A DNA stretch of 64,000 bases from Dicyema japonicum (Eukaryota; Animalia; Dicyemida): assembly GCA_011109175.1 (NCBI GenBank), contig RDEW01000012.1:268762-332761 (forward strand), in the 5' to 3' direction. The notes beneath the pieces were generated by a model, which did no database searches, had not been told where the DNA came from, and saw nothing but the letters and a program-made list of their open reading frames with translations. Both the position numbers and the translations under genes were made by a program. Shown here in pieces: positions 34,060-46,189 of the stretch (within the stretch, counting starts at the first letter, position 1; the number at the start of each line of letters is the position of its first letter).

Positions 34060-34870
34060 TGGGATTATAATTTTCCCTCAATCCAGAAGAGGAATAGCCA
34101 AAAAGTAGCACCGGAGGTTCTGGGAAAGAGAAAGTTCTTATAGAATCAATGATAACTGCTCGGGTAGAAGAAATCAATAGCCCGATTCATCTATTAGGAG
34201 GAAATGCCAAGAACATAATTGTGTAGGGTCCTCCTTGTTTTTCTGTCGAGGGTAGTCTCCGAGTTATCCACCAGTGGAGAAGGTCCATTCATTAGATCGT
34301 TCTAAACCAGTATTCAGATTGCTTAGGTAGAGATGTGGTCATGTATTGCCTTTGACTTGGATTATCAGGAGGTAGTTTATTATTAAAATATTCAAAATTG
34401 AATTAATATGTTTATGTTCATTGGTGTCTTTATTATGATAAAATATTTTATTTATGGAATTATTAATATATTGAATAGTTTACTGTATTCGGATTAATAA
34501 AATAAATTATTTTACTACATGCAAAAAGACTCGAATTAGGTGGGTTAGTAGTCCAAAATATAAAATAAATAAATAAAAAGACTCGATTTAGGTGGTTTAG
34601 TTGTCCCAACCTCGATATCTTGTGCTGGACGCTTCTACAAGTATTCGAGTTCGTCGGAGGTCCCAAGTAAGAGAAAGCTTTTTGTAGTATCATTAATAGT
34701 TGTTCCGCTGATAAGAGCCAACAGTCCGACTCAACTCTAAGGAGGAAGTGCCCAGAACGCAGTTGTGCTACGGTGCTCCTTGTTTCTGTCGAGGGTAGTT
34801 TCCAGTTGATCCAGCAGATCGTCCAAGCCCAGTTTTCGGATGGCCTTAAAGTAGTATATGTAATATTGAT
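34060..34870 (-). mobile_element. Two tandem 3'-end fragments of an I-group LINE
   Basis: 34225-34330 and 34772-34860 are homologous. Minus strand encodes TVAQLRSGH, the motif preceding the CCHC knuckle. The terminal segment is duplicated at 34522-34605. Confidence 0.5.
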
Positions 34871-35766
34871 TATACTCTCTTGAGTAATAATAATCCCATA
34901 ATACTATTATGCTTAAACATAATTGTATTTACTGGCCTAATAGAATACACGCTGTGTTCCCAATCATTAGTTTCCCACACATTGTAGGTCTTCAATATTC
35001 ACACTGTGTATTTGTCTGTAAGTCTTCCCGAGAAAACGATTTAACTTTCGTTTTTATTTGTTGACCGGTAGTTAGTTATCCCAATGTACGTGAGAGTGGC
35101 GGGCGCTCCCAAAAGTTCCTTAAAGTCATGGTGGTCTAGTCCCGGAATGATTCGGTTAATTATGTGACCAATATGGTCAGATGAAAAAGCAAAAATTTAG
35201 ATCCACCAAGAAAGGGAAATATTTTGAGTGGTTTTTATGAGATTTTCTGGAATCTCTATTAAGGGTAGCTTCCAAGTCGTCTATTGGTGGGCGAGAACCG
35301 TCAACAACTCGTTTCTCATTAAGTGAACCGGTAGGATTCTCCGGTTAGATATTTTAAAAATATTTTATATAGAAAGAAGATAACCGAACTGATTAAATGG
35401 TACCGGTTCACCTGAGGGCTCCATTGGTTCCTGGAAGTGTCTCCGATGTGTCTACGCAAAAAGTCGTCGGGGACAGATGTCTAAGGAAAGACCACTCATT
35501 TTCAGACCGTGATACAAATGAAAATAAAGGAGTCCCGGTTCTATACAGAACTCAAGGAATCCCTAGGCATTCCTTGATTACTAGAAAAGTGTTGAGGGTG
35601 GGGTCTTCCGACACAGTAAAATACTAGTCTTCCCAGGAAGGAGGTGATTTTGTCCAACAATAATTATGAATATGATGAATAATATTAATAATTATATATT
35701 TAAATGTAATATTAATTATTTAATAAATTAATTTTGTCGCGCTATTTGTATTGTCGTGTTTTTGTA

Positions 35767-36274
35767 ATGGAAAATTTTACTATCCCAGTTATATTACCAG
35801 ATGGCTCCACAAAAGACTTCACTGTTCCTGAAAAGTAGTTAATATTAATATTGTGGTTATGTGATTGCTGAATTGCTTGATTTGGTGTGCAAGGACTCAT
35901 CTCTCGACAGGTCTAATTACAAATTCAACGTCTTCATTAACAAAAATGACGATATTAACTGCAAAAATGACAAAATAGCAGACTTGGCTGTCAATTCACT
36001 CAAAATTGAGTCACTTTCTAAGAACTCAGTCAAAAAGTCTTCCAAAGGTAAGCTTGTCAGGTACTTGTTCTCCAAAATGTCTCTCAATGGGAAAAAGAAA
36101 AGATCAAAGGTAGAAAGGGTCTCCATTGAGGAATCTGACGGTCCCATGGAGTTTGTGAAGACCCCAGAAATCCCTGATGACCAGAGAGAGTGTTTGGTAA
36201 CCACACTGGATGACGAGTTTGGACAAAGAGGGGACCACCTTAGATTTTGTGCTCCAAAGCCTTACAAAGTTTGA
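35767..36274 (+). CDS. Small protein with N-terminal RBD/ubiquitin-like (Raf-RBD/Cordon-bleu-type) domain; needs a 22-nt GT..GG intron at 35835-35856
   Basis: The join gives MENFTIPVILPDGSTKDFTVPENYVIAELLDLVCKDSSLDRSNYKF..KIADLAVNSL, matching the V.LP.G....V......LL...C....L....Y pattern. No usable AG acceptor. Confidence 0.5.
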
Positions 36275-36584
36275 TTAACATTTATTAACGTTGTCTTGTG
36301 ATTAACACTATTGTCACGTGCTATAATTGAACTGTCATTACACACAATTGGTGACAACTTGAAATATACTTAATCAAAATCAATAGTATTAGTCCAGTTG
36401 GTTAGGGATGTACTTTGAATGTGACATGTGGACTCGAGTAGGAGTGTGTTACCTAGAACTTTTCATTACTTGACCGCCTTTTGTGGAAACAGACATTAAT
36501 CGATAGAACATATCAGATAAACCATGTATATTGTTTGGTATTTAGTCCCGATTACCCCACCTAGTCTTCTTCAATTTCGAAGAG

Positions 36585-36790
36585 GCGTCACGTGGAAACA
36601 GGGGACGTCCAGTGTTTGGAAAAATAATTTCTCTCCTCCACTGGAGGGGTTTCCACAATGGCAGATATGGGTGAACGTGATGCTTGGAAAAGATGCGTCT
36701 AAATCCATTTCCGTGGGAAATGGATCACTCAGTTTTAAACTCTCTTCTTCACTTTAGTTTAGTGATCCTGTGGCAATAAATAATTTAAGC
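36585..36790 (+). repeat. SINE-like family B, diverged copy
   Basis: GGCGTCACGTG..CTGGAGGGGTTTCCACAA..TTTAAACT..AATAAATAATT aligns with 14875-15110. Confidence 0.6.
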
Positions 36791-37383
36791 ATCCACACTA
36801 CTCTGTATTCCCATTGTCTGACTTCCCCAAGTGGGAGATTGAATATAATCGTTGTATCAATTTCGGTGGAATCCCAGTCACTATCTTCATTTTTAATTAT
36901 TTAGTCAATCACTAACTTATTAATAATTTATATCACTTTTATTGGTTTTTTTAATATTTGAGGCAAAAAAGTACTTTTATTATTAAAAATACAATTAATT
37001 CCCATAGATACGATTTATGGATCACCAATTATTTAACAAGTCTTTGTGAAGCAAAATAATTTTTTAATAATATCACTATGTGTCACTGAAATTAAAATAA
37101 CAGACAACGGTAACATATAAATAACTACATGATCCCGACACGCTTCAGAAGCCTCATCAATAATCCTCCTTCGAAGTTTCACAAGAACGAATCGGAGCTC
37201 GCAGTTGAGCGGGCAGCCCTCGGTTCTGATAGTTGATAGTCCAATATTCCATGGATGTCAGTGAAACTTTACAAAAAGATCACCAACTTATGGAGGAATG
37301 CCAAATGATAACGTCACCACAGCCATTTCATTAATAATATAACAGACAAGACAATATTAACCCCATAACACCGTCATAAATAA

Positions 37384-38940
37384 TTAAAGATCAGAAGAGA
37401 TCGAATCCCCACTCTGTTGTTTCAGAAACTCCACAAATGACTCCAAATCCCTTCCCCCTTGATATTTGATTGGATTCATTTTGTCATTTCTGGGTGAGTA
37501 GTAAAACGTTGGAAACCTAACAATACACGTGACAAATCAACCCAGTCACCTCATAATTGGAAGGATACTCATTACTAGTGGCGTCCATCTTGGCAATAAC
37601 GACAGACTCATCCCCACTGAACTACAAATATGACAGAATACCACCTTAGCGGCCAACTCCTCATAAACAGGCATCACATTCTTGCAATGTCCACACCATG
37701 GGGCATAGAACAGGACAAACACATTCTTGTCCTGGTTCACAATCTCATCAAATGTCAGTCCAACCACTTCCTACACAACTCAGAGTCACATACTACCTGA
37801 GGACCCCCAACAGGACTAGAATCGGGAATTGGGGATGACTTTATTGAAGGCTTGAGATTACCAGCCAAGTAGTCATTCACAAACTTAGAAACTGAATCAA
37901 AAGAGAAATCCTGCTGCATTCTGTACTTCTTACCGTCCTTCGAGAACATGAAGACCACGATCCTCTCATTTGGGCTAACTCCAAGTTCCTCAGCCCTCGA
38001 CTGAATATCATCATATCCGCACATGAACTGCCCCGAGTAGTCATTTTGTTGCATGACCTTCACCATTCTGAATAAACAACCCCCTAACCTCTTTCTGTAT
38101 TCACTGTATTTCTTGTTGTTAGCATAGTCCACGGAAAAGTACGCAATCAGTGTTGGCTTTGTGAAGAGGTCACTTGTCTTGGAAGATATCATTCCACAGG
38201 GACCCAGACTACCATAAAGAATATTAATACTATGTGTCTCTGACCCAATCAGAAAGACTCTCCCCCTCATTATATGCGGCTCTGTCCTCCCCAGGTTTGT
38301 ACATAACAACAGAACTACTATAACCATGGAAGACAACCTCCCCTGTGATCTCTCAGCACAGACTTTGTTATTGTAAGTATAATAAAAGTCAACGACCTTA
38401 CGGAGAGTGGACTCGGAGACTGATTTGAATTCTTCAAGCAAATCATCCTTACAAAAGAACCCTGAAATTGTTTAGAAACAGCAACCAAATAATTTGACAG
38501 ACTTATTGTCGGCCACGACGTCATCAAAGTGCTCAATAGTATCTACAATAGTGGTTGGTGGTTTGGACAAATCAGAGACATAGTCGTAGTAGGCTTCGAA
38601 ACTCCTTTCTCCCCGATAGTCGTCCACGTGATTCCCATTCTTGAAGTATTTTATTGAGGGATATCCGGAAATGCCATGGTTTTGGCAGAGTTCGGTTTCT
38701 GTGGTGCAATCAACCTTTACGAGCCTTGCGTTTACTCCTGTCTTCTCAACCTCACTTGCCACTTGCTCAAAGATGGGTTTAAAATGTTTGCAGTGTCCAC
38801 ACCTTCACTAAATAAACCACTCACCATGGAGCATGGAACATCACGTGGAAGAATTGAGTCGTCTTTAGTAGTTTATTGAACTCATTAGCGGTTAAATCGT
38901 TGGACAAAAAAAGAGTGAACAAAGTTAATAGAATGATCAT
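37384..38940 (-). CDS. PDIA3: Protein disulfide isomerase A3-like (a-b-b'-a'), 8 introns of 21-26 nt
   Basis: Signal peptide, two WCGHC sites, [35 protein letters not shown]-terminal SSDL. GT-AG introns of 22,24,23,22,21,26,23,25 nt restore one frame. Confidence 0.93.
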
Positions 38941-39223
38941 AATTACGTGTACTGAATTTAATATTTTATTATTAATAAATATAGAATAAACATTAAAAAA
39001 TATAACCGAAAATGATTTAAAGCTAAGAATAGTTATCTAATTATAATATTTAGTTATTTTCCGTATAGAAAATGCGTGGGATCACAGTCGGAGCATCGAG
39101 AAAAAATGGCCCGATTATTGAGAGATGCCGGGATCACCTGAATATTAGTTATTGGTTAAGACGGTGTTTCTTTGGCTTAAATAATAATAATAATAATAAT
39201 TTTCAAGCAACAGTCACTAGAAC

Positions 39224-42200
39224 TTTTTTGGTTGAGGTGGTGACGTCCCTCTTGAAAAAGTATGTCTGAAAAACACGAAAATTGCAACCTAAATGACTTC
39301 TCTCTTTTAACGTTCAATGTCAGAGGAGTCTCTAGTGCATGGAAAAGAAAAGAACTTTGTGAAGACCTTTCAAAATACAAGATATCAGTCAAATGTCTCC
39401 AAGAGACAAAAATATCGAAGGAGTTTGAAGAACAACATGGAAAGTTTCATTTAATCTTTCTCTCTGGGGGATCAAAACATTACGGACTCGGATTTGCTGT
39501 AAGAAAGGACCTACTCCGCCGCATATACCGTTATTGGACAATCAATGAAAGGATTGGGATTTTACAAATAACATTGGACAATCATGACTCTCCGAATTGT
39601 TATCTTACTATTATTAACGCATATGCTCCACATAGTGGATGGATCAATAAGAAACCCGAGGAAATTGACGACTTTTGTGCGAATCTGTCTGATGTTTATC
39701 CCAATTATGCAAATTCCACATTAATATTGATTGCCGGTGATCTTAATGCAAAAGTTGAAAGTCGAATCACTATAGAAGAAGCATTCATTGGAAGACATGG
39801 AAAGGGAAAAAGGAACATTGCAAGAATCTTGTTAGCTATCTTTTGTCAAATAAATAATGTTTTCCTTTGTAACACGGCCTTTATGCACTCAGCATGACAC
39901 AGGACAACTTGGTCAGGCAATAGAACTAAGTCTGACGGAAGCATTGCGAAAATCTACAATCAAATAGACTACATTATTTGTAGACAAAAAGACCGCAGTA
40001 TTGTCACTGATGCCCGTGCTTATGGAGGGTCTATAATTGACAGCGATCACAAGATGGTTATTGCCAAAATATCCATAAAGAAACTTATGGGTTTGCAAGG
40101 GATGAAAAGAAAGTGCAATGGACACACGGAACTGCGGGGGAAGGGATACGTTTTAGACCATCTAAAGAACAATACTATCCAGGGAGAGGAATTCAGAAAA
40201 TACCTCGATGAGGGATTGGAAGAAATATCAGTAGATTTGGCACCGCAAATTGCGTAGACCTTGGTCAAACAGAAGATCATGATTGCTGCGGATATATACC
40301 TGAAAGATGACTACGTAACTAAAACACCCACTGAAGAAGCAACCGCTTTGAAACTCCTTGGAAATCAACAAAAGGCGATACAATGTCTAAATACAGATGA
40401 CAAAAATACGAAACAGCGGCTACAAAAGGAAAGAACAATCATAAAAAGAAAATAAGAAAAGCTGCACGTCGGATATTAAAGAACGAAAGAATAACAAAAA
40501 TAGAGAAAATCGAAGACCTTAAAGACAATGCGAAGTTTTATGAAGCTGTCGGACAAATCAGAAAACTACCAAGGAAGACACTGACAGATGAAGAAGGAAA
40601 ACATATTGCTAACCAACAAGAAATTGCAGAACTTATAGCGGATTATTTTGAAGCACAATTCGTATCAAAAAATAGCAAAAAACTCACCATTAACACGGAT
40701 CAGGGAAAATTAGACGAAGAAATAACTTTGGAAGAAGTGATGACAGCAAGTTTCAAACTGAAGGACAATAAGAGTTTCGGCCCAGATGGCTTAAATAGTG
40801 AATTTTTCAAATATGGAACTCAAAAGCTATACATGATTATTGCCTGGATTCTAAACGAAACGTATAGTAAAGGAACCACTTTGCCAATTGGAAAAGGACT
40901 ATTGATACCAGTACAGAAGCCAAACAAAAAATCGGGGAAAGTTGAGAACCTAAGACCAGTGATCTTAACCAACACATTACGGAAGATACTAGCCAATATT
41001 ACGCTTCAAAGAATGGAGGGACGCCTAGACTCGTACCTGTCGGCTTATCAAAGTGGCTTCCCAAAGGGAGATCAACGTCAGATGTTATATGGAGCCACAA
41101 ATGGAGAAGTGCGACTGTTCAAAAATTTAAAATAACGACAACCATTCTGGGGATTGATATGTCAAAGGCCTTTGATTCCGTCAACAGGAACAAGCTGCTG
41201 CAAATACTGGAGCACTTCTTGGAGGGCTCAACGATTAGGATAGTCAAGACACTCTTGACGGACACGAGTTTGATGGTCAGGACTGGGAAAGTTCTATCGA
41301 GTACATTTGAAACGATAATTGTTACCCCTCAAGGAGATCCATTATCCCCGATTTTGTTCATTATTTATCTGGAGGGAGCTCAACGAGACTTGAAGTTTCA
41401 TATCAGAGAAGGCATGAGCATAATAGCATATGCGGACGACGTGGACTTTATTTCGAATAACAAAGAAGAGTTAATTGCACTTTTTGAGAAAATGCCTGAT
41501 AAAATGACTGAGTGGTCATTAAAAGTAAACACAAACAAAACCGAAATCACGGAGCTAAAAAGAAGTGAGGAAAGGACCGACGAGCACTGGCGTAGATCAA
41601 AAAAACTAGGATCCCTTCTCGGTGACACCGAAGATATAACACGAAGGAAGACACTAACTAATGTCGCTTTCAACAAAATGAAGAAGACCTGGCTTCTGCA
41701 CAATGGGCTTGACCCTAAAACTCGAATGAGACTATACAATGCCCTAGTGAGGCCAATCCTATTATATAATGCCGGTACATGGGCATGTACAGGGCAGGAA
41801 GTCGAAAAGTTGAATTCTTTTTACAGAAATCATCTCCGAGCACTCCTTTCTTCCCAAAGCTTTTTCAAAATGCCGTCCGAAATCTTATACAAGAGAACAG
41901 GAACTAAGCCAATATCATGTGATATTACTGATTCAAGATTGAGGCTCTTTGGACACATACTCCGCCACGATATGGGGACCCCTGCCAACATAGCAATGGA
42001 GGATTATTTTGTCTTAGAAGCTTCTCGTTTCCGCGGCCGGCCGATGACAACACTGCTGGTTATTCTAGATGAAGATCTCAGGAGGATTGGAAAGTGCCTT
42101 AAAGATTGGGACGATCTAGATATGCTACGGAACATGGCAACGGATCGAAAAAGATGGGTGACGTTAATTAGATTATCAACTTTTCGTGTTGCACATGCTT

Positions 42201-42240
42201 TGTCATGATCTTGGCATCGCGTACGTGCCTACAATAATAA
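39224..42240 (+). mobile_element. Full-length RTE-clade LINE (3017 bp)
   Basis: TSD TCACTAG(A/G)AC (39214-23, 42241-50), conserved 5' motif, endonuclease and RT ORFs broken by stops and frameshifts, (TAA)n tail. Confidence 0.93.
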
Positions 42241-42449
42241 TCACTAGGACTCTACAAAGGTTCCCCACTTTTTAAGACCAACTCCTTTAGAGGCACCTGT
42301 GAGGAGAACGAGATCCCTAATGATACCTTCAAATTTTCCAAAATTAACACGTGCGTGCAGAAAGTGTGTCAGGTCTCGGGACGAATATCGAATAAAGGTG
42401 AGATGGTTGCTTAAGGAGGCCGGGATCAGGAGAGTAGTTAGTTTGGTGT

Positions 42450-43720
42450 TACCGCGGTATTTGGAATTTTTTCATTTCATCATGTGGTTCACCTGTCCAA
42501 ATGTTATGGAAGGGTTCAGAATCAAATAAGAGGACCATTCACTCTGTTTCACCGGGGTCATCTTACTTCAGCCTTGACCTCAACCTCCCTCAGACTACTT
42601 AACCTTACCGGATATCGCATTCTTTTTCCCCTTCTTGTATTCTACTTGGTCAATCATTCATGACATGCGAAGTGACCAAATTCTATACTATTGAAGATCA
42701 CGCGGGAAACTTTGGTTAAACAGAACTCGTGGCTTTTTAGCTACAAATATGCCGACTGGATACGCTTCCGTTCATTCACTGACAGACGCTCCCCAAATCT
42801 CAATATAAATGGTCGCCTATATTATAATGCTGTTTTTGAAGCAATGTCGTGCTGAAACCACAATTCCTCCTGAGCTTAGTATACCCCCCAGAAAAAATAG
42901 GACTCGAGTGGTATCCGCTCTTGACCAAAATCATTTCACCGCTGATGTTCGGAAGGTAATTCAAGAACCGACAAAACCCTACGCGGGGTGAACTAAAAGC
43001 AAAAGACCTATCTAAGTTGGCAAAATATTATAAATCTTCCACAAGGACCATAAGAAGACCACCTACCCTCTATATTCTTATGAAACTCCTAAAAAAGTCT
43101 TTAACTTTTCAATTAACTTAACTTATATCTATGGAAACTTTCGTGTAACACCAAACTACTATTAACATGGACCTCTACTTGGCACGTTGTTCCTCCCTCA
43201 AGCCCACACATGCACGTATCGGCCGTACAATTGAATACTCATAGATGCACGGACGGATGTCTAAAATCCTGAATAAACTAGTCCATTCAAAAATTAGGGT
43301 CGTTCTAGCTGTTATCCCGTTCCAACGTGGGTTTAAAAAAATCAGTCACCTCCTAAATATCTTACCTTTCTGATTAATAAAGCACTAGAATCGGTCCCAA
43401 CATTCTCATTTGGAAGATTTTCATATGGAATCTCTGAAAATTTTAGACTACTCCTTTGGCAATCAAAATTGATAATCAAAAATTTATTGAACCAAAAATA
43501 AAATTTGCTTTTGGAATTTGAAATTAAATTACTGCTTCTTCCGAATGTTCTCCAGGGATCACCACTAACTTCTCTCTTGTTCAGCCTATTTTTGGCAGAC
43601 CTTCCCACACCGGGAGAGGTAAACAACAACATCATTACTCACGCCAGCGAAATTATTTTGGTTACACACAATTGGCGCATTCAGTAGGTCTTATAACAAC
43701 ACTTTGATTGCCCTCTAACA
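42450..43720 (+). mobile_element. Highly degenerate I/Jockey-group LINE
   Basis: Remnants SDQIL, YADWIRF, IPFQRGF, VLQGSPLTSLLFSLFLADLP. Confidence 0.5.
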
Positions 43721-43729
43721 AATCCCAAA

Positions 43730-44070
43730 GTTTTCATAATGGGAATCTCACCGTTGGAGTTGGCCAGGCAACTGCATCGTGTCGTAAGGACTCGTCGCCT
43801 TACGGGTAGGATTTAACTGACGAGAATTAGCCCTCGCTGAAGAGTAGAAAGACTGGCGAAGAGTTAAAGCTATACAGTAAATAACTATATTGACAACCTA
43901 CCTACGTGGTTCCTATTGTCGATTTAATCTCTAAATCAAATTAACGATAAAATAAAAAATCAAAATTTCGAACTCTTCTATCTAGGAACCCACCCACGTG
44001 GTCACTTGAATTTACTGGCGATTAATTTACCGATTACCGAGAGAGTGATTGCATGGGGCCAACATATTAG
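43730..44070. mobile_element. Partial copy of the 30475-30920 MITE plus shared flank
   Basis: Near-identical to 30620-30985. Confidence 0.8.
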
Positions 44071-44368
44071 GTAACCTTTAATAGAGACATATTCTTTCGT
44101 CACATCGAAATGTCGACAAATGGGTGAAAATACAGTACAACGTGCCTTTAACATAATGACCGGGCAGTTCTCGTCCATCATGGTTTGATGATTTAAAAGA
44201 GGAGTATAAATCCAAGTTGAGGGCTCTTCATTAAGACTGTGAACTATGTAAATCCACCAATGCCCCATAGCAGCACGTGGTCTGTCACTGACTAGTCCAC
44301 TTCAAGATTTAGTGATTACATAAATAAGAGAGAGAATATTCCAAAATAAACCCAAGAAGTGTAAAATC

Positions 44369-46021
44369 CTACAAGTCATCATCACTCCAGCCCATAAAGT
44401 CCCCACTGATTCCGTCTGTAGACTTTGAGACCAAATAGTCCACAGTGTACTCATAGTCAATGGTTGACTAACAGATCACATAATTACATACCCCCAGGAT
44501 TACCACTTTTTGTTTGTCGTTTTTCGGAACATAGTAAAAAACCGGAAACCTGATTATTAACCTCAACTACTTGTAAATCGGGAACCGACGAGGTACCTCA
44601 TTTTCAACTCCGTCCATTTTGATGAACATTATAGACTTTTCCTTCCTAAACTTTGAGTAGTTCAATATTAGTAACCTTGCTTGCGATTTTAGTGAACTTT
44701 TTGTCCATCTTCTCGCAATAGTAACAATTGTCAGCCGTAAAGAATATTAAGGCGTCCATGGGCTTCCTCAGAAGACTTTCAAAGTTAAGTCCCACCGCTT
44801 GCTAACGTATACTTGTATTACTACGTATATATTATTCTTTCGAGTGACTGAAGCCACGTGTTGTGACTTTACGTGTGGTATTAGCATTCCGTTCCGAAAA
44901 GACTCCGCAAACTCATAAATCTGTAACTCCGCCAAGTCAGAGCCCCCCATCAAGTATTTAGTATCCTCGTTCTCGTAAATAACCACCGCAAAGTCATTCT
45001 CTAGTCTTGTGCTGTTGTTGTACAGCTTTGAGACCTCTCCCTCGAATTCCTTCAAATCAGAGAACCCGCAGAACAAAGTTCCGTTGAATTTACGCATTGC
45101 AGCCAAAAGTCGGCAAATTAAAGAAAATTTTACTTTATCATTTTGACATTGTTTCCGTCGTTAATCTCAAAATAAGACACGAGAAGAGGATATCTAAATA
45201 ATGCCTTGTTGTTGAGTGTTCTATGCCCGCACGTGCCAAACCTGTATATTTAAGAATTGTCAACATTTTAGAGTAAATCCAATCTGTCAGTGACGACTGA
45301 TTATTCTGAGTTGAAAATTTAACCTTTTGGTGGACAGATTCTGAGTTTACAAAAATGACAAGGTCACTGAGTTTATTTAACAGAGAAAACCAATCCTCGT
45401 GACTGCACACATCAGTGGAATCTGTTCGGTAGAATTTTACATATTCCTTCAGCGATTTGGCGACCATCTCAAACTCCTGTTTGTGCTGAATCCACTCGTC
45501 GTTACAAAATAACCCTAAAGTCGTAATTCCACCCAACCAATGACACGTGTCTTGTTCTCTGTAATTTTGTTGTATTCTTCAAAATCTTTCAGTTTTGTGA
45601 TGATATGATCGTAATGTCTCTCAATCCACTCCATCGTTTCCTCAAAGGATTTAGGGCGATCGTAGACCCCCACGACTCCACCATTCGTGTAGTATAAAAG
45701 CGACGGGTATTCTTCGATTTTCTTGTCTTTACAGAAATCGACGTCTTTCGTGCAATCTATCTGTCCTAGTTAACTCACGTGAAAACCATTAGTAAGTTCA
45801 ATTCCATCAGTTTTTCTGGGGCTTCTCGTTCAATCCTTCTGAACGTGTTTTTGAATATTATTGACATACCAGACCTTATATAAACGCATGAATAACCAGT
45901 GAGTGTAAAACATTACGATTGTATTGGTCCTTAGTATTGCTTTGTCGTAATCATCTGGATTTACATAAGACAGAGACTGAAAAGAACCAGCGAAGAGGGA
46001 TATTATGTAAATTATGTGCAT
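44369..46021 (-). CDS. Divergent PDI-family paralogue (a domain W-SGMS, a' domain CYYC, C-terminal DDDL), 10 micro-introns
   Basis: Signal peptide, FYTHW|SGMS, IDCTKD..CK..IEEYPS, GLFC, FGTCG, LIPHVKS, AVGLNFE..FFTADNCYYCE, FIKMDGVENEVP, FPVFYYVP. Eight intron positions are shared with the neighbouring PDIA3-like gene; one intron (45111-45133) lacks an AG. Confidence 0.82.
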
Positions 46022-46189
46022 TTATAGGTTAATAATTCTATTGTTTTAAATATTTGGGTTAACCACCTTTTTACAAAATAAATATTTTTAAGTAAAATCG
46101 ATTTTAATATTATTATTATAAGCAACATTCGTAAAATCATAATAGTTATAATTTCACTCCTGCATTATTCAAAAAAATCTTCCGAATTA

